NCBI GenBank assembly: GCA_032128375.1
Contig: JAQBGU010000121.1
Coordinates: forward strand, 1 to 52,252
Length of the DNA: 52,252 nt
Source of the DNA: Deltaproteobacteria bacterium
GTDB taxonomy: Bacteria; Myxococcota_A; UBA9160; SMWR01
Direction of reading: 5' to 3'
Notes under the pieces: model-generated
What the model saw: only the letters and a program-made list of their open reading frames with translations
What the model was told of the DNA's origin: nothing
Databases searched by the model: none
Part shown: positions 45,728 to 52,252 of the stretch, in pieces
Layout of the letters: every line of letters begins with the position of its first letter
Numbering within the stretch: position 1 is the stretch's first letter
Made by a program: the position numbers and the translations under genes

Positions 45728-46590
45728 GTGAGTTTGAGTGGATACGGGTCGAGGATATCGCGACCGCGGTCCGCCGCATCACGTTGAATCGGCCCGACAA
45801 ACGCAACGCGCTGAACAATCAACTGCGCGGAGAGATTTTCGCGGCGCTCGAGCAAGCAGACCGGGATCCCGAAGTGCGCGTGTCCATTCTGCGCGGCGCC
45901 GGAAAGTGCTTTTCCGCCGGCTATGACCTCGGCGCCAACAACGCCGTCGACCAGCCCTATCACACTTCAGGTGGCGATGGGAACTGGCCGCGCCACGTCG
46001 TCGAGGGCTGGTTCCGCATTTGGGATCTGCAAAAACCGGTGATCGCACAAGTCCACGGCTACTGTCTGGCGGGCGGCAGCGAGCTCGCGACTTCGTGTGA
46101 CCTCGTCTACGTCGCCGAAGACGCGCAGATCGGTTATCCGCCGGTTCGGCTGATGAGTCCGCCCGATATGCAGTACCACCCGTGGATGGTTGGGATGCGC
46201 CAGGCAATGGAGTTGATGTTGACCGGCGACGCCATCAGTGGTGTCGAGGCTGCGCGCATTGGATTTGCCAACCGCGCCTACCCGGCCGGCGAACTCGACA
46301 AGAGCGTGCTCGAGATCGCCGAGCGAATGGCGAAGATCCCAACGGATCTACAGCAGCTCAACAAGCGAAGCGTGCACCGCGCGATGGAAATCATGGGAAT
46401 GCGGGCCGCGCTGCGCGCGGGAACCGAGATCCAAGCGCTCGGCTTCCACACGCAATCGACCCGCGAGTACTTCAAGGAGTTCTCGAAAGGGGTCAAGCAC
46501 GCGCTGAATGCGCGAGATAGCCAGTTCGGAGACTACCGCACGGACACATCCAATACCCAGGCGAATAGCCACAACGAGGGAGACAAGTAG
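45724..46590 (+). CDS. Enoyl-CoA hydratase/isomerase (crotonase) family protein
   Basis: ITLNRPDKRNAL, FSAGYDL, KPVIAQVHGYCLAGGSELA, ELMLTGD; ATGA overlap with acoC. Confidence 0.92.
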   Translation: MSEFEWIRVEDIATAVRRITLNRPDKRNALNNQLRGEIFAALEQADRDPEVRVSILRGAGKCFSAGYDLGANNAVDQPYHTSGGDGNWPRHVVEGWFRIWDLQKPVIAQVHGYCLAGGSELATSCDLVYVAEDAQIGYPPVRLMSPPDMQYHPWMVGMRQAMELMLTGDAISGVEAARIGFANRAYPAGELDKSVLEIAERMAKIPTDLQQLNKRSVHRAMEIMGMRAALRAGTEIQALGFHTQSTREYFKEFSKGVKHALNARDSQFGDYRTDTSNTQANSHNEGDK

Positions 46591-47349
46591 ATGGATCTCG
46601 GACTCCAAGGCAGGAAGGCAATCGTCACTGGCGCAAGTCGCGGCATCGGACTCTGCATCGCACAGGCACTGGCCGACGAGGGAGTGGACCTCGCGATCTG
46701 TGCACGCGGTGCGGAGGGACTCGAAGCGTCGGCGAAGGTGCTCGAGGGCCGCGGTGTCCGCGTCATAGCGAAAGTGGTCGACGTGGCGGACGCTGATGCG
46801 CTGAGTGGCTTCATTTCAGGGTCGGCCAAGGAATTGGGCGGACTCGACATTCTGATCGGAAACCCGAGCGCGGGTTCTGGCGGCGGTGAGAAAGCCTGGC
46901 GCGCAAACTTCGAAGTCGACCTGCTGGGTTCGGTCCGCAGCGTCGAAGCGGCGACACCGTTTCTGGCCGAGTCCGATGCGGGGAGCGTGGTATTCATCGG
47001 TACGACAGCTGCCATCGAGACATTCATGGGCGCCGGTTCTTACAACGCAATCAAAGCCGCGTTGGTCGTACATTCCAGCGGACTCGCGCAACAGCTCGCA
47101 CCGAAGGGAATCCGCGTCAATACGGTTTCGCCCGGCCCGGTCTACTTCGAGGGCGGCGCCTGGGCGATGATCGAAAAGGCCATGCCGCAGATGTACGAGT
47201 CGACACTGGCGTCGTGTCCGCAGGGTCGAATGGGCAGCCCCGAAGAAGTCGCCAACGCGGTTGTGTTCCTATCGAGCCCGCGCGCGAGCCTGCTGACTGG
47301 CGTGCACCTGATCGCGGACGGCGGGTTCACCAAGCGAGTCAACTTCTGA
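46591..47349 (+). CDS. SDR family oxidoreductase
   Basis: TGASRGIG, YNAIK, IRVNTVSPG, GSPEEVA, DGG. Confidence 0.93.
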   Translation: MDLGLQGRKAIVTGASRGIGLCIAQALADEGVDLAICARGAEGLEASAKVLEGRGVRVIAKVVDVADADALSGFISGSAKELGGLDILIGNPSAGSGGGEKAWRANFEVDLLGSVRSVEAATPFLAESDAGSVVFIGTTAAIETFMGAGSYNAIKAALVVHSSGLAQQLAPKGIRVNTVSPGPVYFEGGAWAMIEKAMPQMYESTLASCPQGRMGSPEEVANAVVFLSSPRASLLTGVHLIADGGFTKRVNF

Positions 47350-47355
47350 TTCTCA

Positions 47356-47405
47356 GAGTGTAAATCGAGAGTGTATATCGAGTGCAAATCGGCGACGTAA
47401 ATCGA
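47356..47405. repeat. Degenerate 11-13-nt direct repeats after the SDR gene
   Basis: gagtgtaaatcga gagtgtatatc gagtgcaaatcg gcgacgtaaatcga. Confidence 0.65.
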
Positions 47406-47458
47406 ACTGATTCGCGGCCTGTTTCGCGGAGAAAGTTTCACAAAATGGGAGATACCCG

Positions 47459-48205
47459 ATGGCTCTGATGCGAGCTTATCTGGTGGCCGGCGGTAAGTAC
47501 CACGATATCGACTTCGCGCGGGTCGAACTGCTCAAGCTGCTAGGCGAGTTCGAGGATGTGCGGGTTCGCGTCGGCGAGGACTACAGCGATCTCGATGCGA
47601 TCTCCGAATCCGATTTCCTGGTCACCTACACCTGTGACGTGAAACCGAGTCCCGGACAATTCGCGGCGCTTCGCGCCTTCGTCGCTGGCGGCAAGCGATG
47701 GCTAGCGCTTCACGGCACCAATTCCGTGATGGAGTTCGTCGCTGGTGGTGTCGATTGCCCGCGAAGTGCTCCGGAGTTCATGGAACTGTTGGGCAGCCAG
47801 TTTCTCGCACACCCCCCGATCGGCAGATTCGAGGTGATGGTCTCGAATACCGAGCATCCACTCGTCCGCGGGATCGACACCTTCGAAGTGGAAGACGAAC
47901 TCTACCTGTGCGAATACCACGGCGAGCTCGAGTCGCTGCTCGAGACGCGCTTCAGCGGCAAGGCCCTGGGATTCATCCAAGACGACTGGTCGGACGACGC
48001 GCCGCGCCTCGTGATGTATATCAACCGCGTCGGCGACGGCGAAGTCTTGTATTGCACACTCGGCCACTGCCGCAGCAAGTACGACATGCGGCCCGTCATG
48101 GATGAGTATCCGATGACCGAGCGGGGCGCCTGGGAGACTCCGGTCTTCTACGAGCTGCTTCGCAGGGGGCTCAGGTGGGCCCAGCGCACCCGTTCGGACT
48201 CCTGA
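47459..48205 (+). CDS. ThuA-like (class I glutamine amidotransferase-like) domain protein
   Basis: GGKYHDIDFAR, FVAGGKRWLALHGT, LGSQFLAHPP, HPLVRGI..F..EDELY, GEVLYCTLGH. Confidence 0.85.
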   Translation: MALMRAYLVAGGKYHDIDFARVELLKLLGEFEDVRVRVGEDYSDLDAISESDFLVTYTCDVKPSPGQFAALRAFVAGGKRWLALHGTNSVMEFVAGGVDCPRSAPEFMELLGSQFLAHPPIGRFEVMVSNTEHPLVRGIDTFEVEDELYLCEYHGELESLLETRFSGKALGFIQDDWSDDAPRLVMYINRVGDGEVLYCTLGHCRSKYDMRPVMDEYPMTERGAWETPVFYELLRRGLRWAQRTRSDS

Positions 48206-48243
48206 GTCGCACCGCCATTCGCTGGAGCGTTTCCGGTAGCAGC

Positions 48244-49602
48244 GTGATTCTCAGCCGAGTGGCCCTGATACTGGCTTGCTGCTGGATCGGCTGCGGCACA
48301 GCGAAGAACCGACCCGGACCCGACGCGCCCAACGTCGTCTTGATCATCATCGACACCCTCCGCGCAGATCGACTCGGCAGCTATGGGTTCCCGATCGCGA
48401 CCTCGCCGGCGCTCGACGAAATCGCAAGACGTGGCGTGCAATTCGATCGCGCGCTCGCACAATCGAGCTGGACATTGCCTTCGGTCGGCTCGTTGCTCAC
48501 CTCTCGCTATCCGCGCAGCCTCGGACTCTACTTGGAGGAGAAGCACGCGCTGAGCGACAACTTCGAGACCCTGGCGGAGGTTCTGAGGCGCAACGGATAC
48601 GCGACGCTCGGCATTACAGCCAACCCCAACATGAACTCGACGTTCAACTTCGATCGGGGCTTCGATGTCTACGTCGACAGCACGGTGGTGTTTCGAGCCA
48701 GAAAAGAAGACGTCCCAGAGGGAAATCGGTGGTGGAACGAGACGCCGTTGCGCACGGCAACATCGGTATTCAGGGAGGCGTTCGAGTTGATCGAGCAATC
48801 CGCGAATCGCTTCCCCTATTACCTGCAGCTCAATCTCATGGAGGTTCACGAGCACATTCGACCGAACATGCCGATGATCCGAAGAGACTACTCGGAGCTG
48901 TTCGAGGGCATGCCAGATCGAAGCTATCTGCTGGCCGTCAGGCAGGTAACCGACGACGTTGCGGCGTTCATACGGGACCTCAGCGCGAGAGCGGGATGGG
49001 ACGACACACTATTCGTTGTCATCGGAGATCACGGGGAGGGCCTCGCGGACCACCCGGGCGTCGCACAATCCGACCTTCACGGCTCGCTGCTCTACGAGTC
49101 GCAGCTGGCGGTGCCCTGGATCATGTTCAATCGTCAGTGGCAGCCGCGCGCTTCTCGCTTGGCGACGCCCGTCCAGCTGCTCGATCTGCTTCCGACGGTG
49201 TTGGACTACCTGCATATCGATGCTCCCCCCGGGCTTCAGGGGCGATCTCGACTGCCGGCACTCGAAGATCCATCAGACGAGGCGGAACCGCCCGCTCTGT
49301 TCGTTGCCGAGACCTCCTTTCGGGGGTTGGACAAGATCGCCGTCTACGGCGCGGATTGGAAATACATAGAGAACCGCGAACCGCATCCAGGAGTCTCACG
49401 CCGCGAACTTCAGGCAGTCGGGGGCGGGGAAAACGGTGACCTGACCAATCAGATCTCCGAGCACAGCGAGATCGCGCGAGAGATGCGGAAGTTCCTCGGA
49501 AGCTGGGAACATGAACATCGGCCGGCCGCGCCGACACCGGTGAAGGGAGGGCTCTCACAGAGCGAACGCAGCCAGCTCGAGGCGGTAGGCTACCTCCAAT
49601 GA
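48244..49602 (+). CDS. Sulfatase-like hydrolase (alkaline phosphatase superfamily), probable lipoprotein
   Basis: NVVLIIIDTLRAD, SWTLPS..SLLT, GDHGEG, HG..LY...L.VP, LLDLLPT, C-terminal LEAVGYL. Confidence 0.88.
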   Translation: MILSRVALILACCWIGCGTAKNRPGPDAPNVVLIIIDTLRADRLGSYGFPIATSPALDEIARRGVQFDRALAQSSWTLPSVGSLLTSRYPRSLGLYLEEKHALSDNFETLAEVLRRNGYATLGITANPNMNSTFNFDRGFDVYVDSTVVFRARKEDVPEGNRWWNETPLRTATSVFREAFELIEQSANRFPYYLQLNLMEVHEHIRPNMPMIRRDYSELFEGMPDRSYLLAVRQVTDDVAAFIRDLSARAGWDDTLFVVIGDHGEGLADHPGVAQSDLHGSLLYESQLAVPWIMFNRQWQPRASRLATPVQLLDLLPTVLDYLHIDAPPGLQGRSRLPALEDPSDEAEPPALFVAETSFRGLDKIAVYGADWKYIENREPHPGVSRRELQAVGGGENGDLTNQISEHSEIAREMRKFLGSWEHEHRPAAPTPVKGGLSQSERSQLEAVGYLQ

Positions 49603-49696
49603 GCGTACGCTCTCACAATATGGAATTGCACTCCCTACCTAGGCATTTCTCTCCCTAGAGATCCCCATCCAATCGCTTCTCGTACAGCCGCGAGGT

Positions 49697-51349
49697 TCAG
49701 CTGCGGGCCGCGGTCGGGCTGAGAATCAGGTCTGGGTGCTTTTCCTGAAGTCTATCGAGGTACCACGGGCTCTTGGCCAGTACCACCATGCGCCCGTCGC
49801 GGTCTTCGAGCAACTGGGTTTCGGAAAATCGGAATAGGTCCGTGTCAGTGTCCGGCCCCAACCAGCGTGCCATGACGTACGGAAGCGGCGTCAGCTTGAG
49901 ACCGACCTTGTACTCGGTTTGCATTCGGTGCGTCAGCACTTCGAACTGCAGCGCACCGACGGCTCCGAGTACCGGCACCGCGGTACCCGCGCCGCGTTCA
50001 TTGAACAACTGCACGGCGCCTTCCTGTGAGAGTTGTTCGAGCCCCTTGCTCAGACTCTTACGGTTGAGCACTTCGGCTACTTCGACGCGCACGAAGTGTT
50101 CTGGGGAGAAGCTCGGAATGGCCGCGAATTGGAACTCGCCCGTCTCGCACAGCGTATCGCCAATTCGATAGCTACCCGAATCGAACAGTGCCACGATGTC
50201 GCCCGGGTAGGCGACATCTATGCTCTCTCGGTCGCGCGCCTGGACGAGTGACGACTTCGACAAGCGCACCTTCTTTCCGGTGCGAACGTGTGTCGCGCTG
50301 CCTTCCTTGACGAAGCGCCCAGAACAAACGCGCAGGAACGCCACGCGATCTCGATGGTCCGGGTCCATGTTCGCCTGGATCTTGAACACGAAACCCGAGA
50401 ACTCGTTCGTGACCACATCGATCGGACCCTGGTCAGAACTCCGTGCGCCCGGACACGGAGCGATCTCGAGTAATCGATTCAGAAACGGCGAAACGCCGAA
50501 ATTCGTCAGTGCGCTCCCGAAGAACATCGGTGTCTGCTCGCCGGCGAGCACGTGTTCCATATCGAATGGGTCCGCAGCCCCGTCGAGTAGTTCGAGCTGC
50601 TCGCGCACCTCGCGCCCCGTCGAGCCCATCGCATCGACGACGGGCGCAGAATCGATCGGGCCCTCCACGTCGGACTGCTCGACGAGCCGCGTGCCGTGCA
50701 CGCCTCCCGAAAACAGCAGCAAGCGCATTCTTTCGCGATCGTAGACACCGCGAAACTCGCTGCCCGCACCGACCGGCCAGTTGACCGGAACGGCCGCGAT
50801 CCCGAGCACATCTTCGATATCGGCCATCAGTTCGAGGGGGTCGCGGCCCAATCGATCCATCTTGTTCACGAACGTGAAGATCGGGATTCCGCTCATGCGA
50901 CAGACTTCGAACAGCTTGCGGGTCTGTGCTTCGACGCCCTTGCCTGCATCGATGAGCATCACCGCCGAATCGGCCGCCATCAGTGTCCGATACGTATCTT
51001 CGCTGAAGTCCTTGTGACCTGGGGTGTCCAGGATATTCACGCGGTGACCACTGTGCTCGAAATGCATCACCGAGCTACTGACAGAGATGCCGCGCTGTTT
51101 TTCGAGTTCGAGCCAGTCGCTGGTCGCGTGGCGCGCCGCCTTCTGGGCGCGCACGGCTCCGGCTTCACGGATCGCGCCACCGAACAGCAGCAGTTTTTCG
51201 GTCAGCGTGGTCTTGCCCGCATCCGGGTGCGAGATGATGGCAAAGCTGCGACGCCGCGCGACCTCGCGGGCGAGTTCGCGCTGTTCCGGAGTCGAAAGAT
51301 CCGGAATTGAGTCTTGTAAGGTGGGATTTTTTGCCGATTCGGTCGTCAT
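49697..51349 (-). CDS. prfC: Peptide chain release factor 3
   Basis: RRRSFAIISHPDAGKTTLTEKLLLFGGAI, SDWLELEKQRGIS, DTPGHKDFSEDTYR, FKIQANMDP.HRDR. Confidence 0.97.
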   Translation of the reverse strand: MTTESAKNPTLQDSIPDLSTPEQRELAREVARRRSFAIISHPDAGKTTLTEKLLLFGGAIREAGAVRAQKAARHATSDWLELEKQRGISVSSSVMHFEHSGHRVNILDTPGHKDFSEDTYRTLMAADSAVMLIDAGKGVEAQTRKLFEVCRMSGIPIFTFVNKMDRLGRDPLELMADIEDVLGIAAVPVNWPVGAGSEFRGVYDRERMRLLLFSGGVHGTRLVEQSDVEGPIDSAPVVDAMGSTGREVREQLELLDGAADPFDMEHVLAGEQTPMFFGSALTNFGVSPFLNRLLEIAPCPGARSSDQGPIDVVTNEFSGFVFKIQANMDPDHRDRVAFLRVCSGRFVKEGSATHVRTGKKVRLSKSSLVQARDRESIDVAYPGDIVALFDSGSYRIGDTLCETGEFQFAAIPSFSPEHFVRVEVAEVLNRKSLSKGLEQLSQEGAVQLFNERGAGTAVPVLGAVGALQFEVLTHRMQTEYKVGLKLTPLPYVMARWLGPDTDTDLFRFSETQLLEDRDGRMVVLAKSPWYLDRLQEKHPDLILSPTAARS

Positions 51350-51836
51350 GGTCGTTTCTGCGGAGGTCCTATTCCCGAACCAGCGCCACTGGGCGGGTCA
51401 GAGCAGCTGGCGCCGAGCGCGTGGTGTACCACAGGTCTATGCATCGCCCCATGACTATGCCCCGTGGGGATATCGGAAAATGAATGCGGGAAATGGCAGA
51501 AAACACCTAGAAGACGGAATTGGACGGATACTCGCGACTGCGGTCTGGTACGAGGAATTGTCAAGCCAGTGTGCCAAGGGAAAGCCAGCCCGTTCCGGAA
51601 CCTTGACCCGGCATCGAGAGGTTCCTGTTCGCGGCACAGGATCGCGATACTCGAGCGTGCTGGCACCGAGCGCGGCGGATCGGAAGCGCCACGAACGATA
51701 GCTCCAAAGTTGAATTGGGACTCGAAGCCGGCTGCGGGGGCGCGTCGTAGATTTCCCCATCATGATAGCCTCTCGATCCGGAGCGAAACATGAAAAACGA
51801 GTTGATCGAATTCCACCGGGAAACCAGCTTGCGAGC

Positions 51837-52048
51837 GAGGCGTTGACTTTGGCTCGACAGCGGCGGCGGGCCCACGTATCGATTTCCGTTACATGGAAAA
51901 AAACTTGAATCGGGCACTAGTCGAATACGTGCAATGCAGTCTTGACGTCGAAGCAGATCGGATGGTGCGCGGCGCGTTCACCGAGGAATTCCAGGAGGCC
52001 GTTCAGGCTTTCCAGGCAAAGCGAACGCCTCGCTTTCTCGGACGCTGA
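51837..52048 (+). pseudogene. Degraded enoyl-CoA hydratase remnant (C-terminal part, frameshifted)
   Basis: EALTLARQ / GGPT / IDFRYMEKNLNRALVEYVQCSLDVEADRMVRGAFTEEFQEAVQAFQAKRTPRFLGR* lie in different frames; this matches the crotonase C-terminal pattern; no intact upstream ORF. Confidence 0.7.
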
Positions 52049-52051
52049 CGG

Positions 52052-52252
52052 GTGCTGCAAAGGCGATTCGTCCTGATCTGTCCCGAGCCGATCCAGCGTC
52101 TGCAGCAGGGGATCGGCATCCGAATATGCGAGATGGCCGCAGAACTGGGAACGCTGGGAGAGGTGTCCGTCTGGGCGCCCGACGTGTCAGAGGGATCAGC
52201 GTTCCCCTTCGAAGTGCGCCGCTTCCCCGAGACCGACTTTGTCGAAGCACTC
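52052..52252 (+). CDS. Probable glycosyltransferase (GT4-like) N-terminus, runs off the window
   Basis: GTG start, open to the window end: VLQRRFVLICPEPIQRLQQGIGIRICEMAAELGTLGEVSVWAP, resembling GT-B N-termini. Confidence 0.55.
   Translation, partial: MLQRRFVLICPEPIQRLQQGIGIRICEMAAELGTLGEVSVWAPDVSEGSAFPFEVRRFPETDFVEAL

Noticed and set aside
51978..52250. Minus-strand 90-aa ORF at the window end
   Set aside because: Arg/Pro-rich shadow; the plus strand gives a crotonase tail and a GT-like N-terminus instead

Overview
GC-rich bacterial chromosomal window, probably Myxococcota or a deltaproteobacterial relative (inferred from DUF4388 and PilZ proteins, NuoD ending GECDR and a myxobacterial-type [2Fe-2S] ferrochelatase). 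Most of it is housekeeping. In order: the tRNA-Thr/Tyr/Gly/Thr-tuf operon, rlmB, tRNA-Leu(TAA) and tRNA-Cys split by a GT2 gene, then a minus-strand run in which complex I Q-module genes (nuoB, nuoI, nuoC, nuoD) are interleaved with lpdA, a lipoyl E2 and lipB. Next come a pcs-like gene, hemH, hemE-hemN-hemG with an acyl-CoA dehydrogenase pair, ispH, MATE, an LtaS-like gene, and clpS-clpA divergent from a FemAB-like GNAT. The right part holds a secreted ceramidase-like/HEAT pair, gor, a lone lptF-like gene, an acoABC-like catabolic operon, a Thr-type sulfatase-like gene, prfC, a degraded enoyl-CoA hydratase and a partial GT4. The best candidate for an undescribed system is a ~2.1-kb accessory block inside the heme cluster (16469-18539). 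It has an AT-rich control region with a perfect 14-bp inverted repeat, a coupled 20-aa uORF, a CapH-like XRE regulator coupled to a divergent ThsB-type TIR protein, and a histone-H1-like protein, with no cyclase, CapP or effector in view. The second candidate is the nuo Q-module/LpdA/E2/LipB arrangement. I found no CRISPR array, integrase or transposase. All family calls come from motif recognition by eye, not from database searches.
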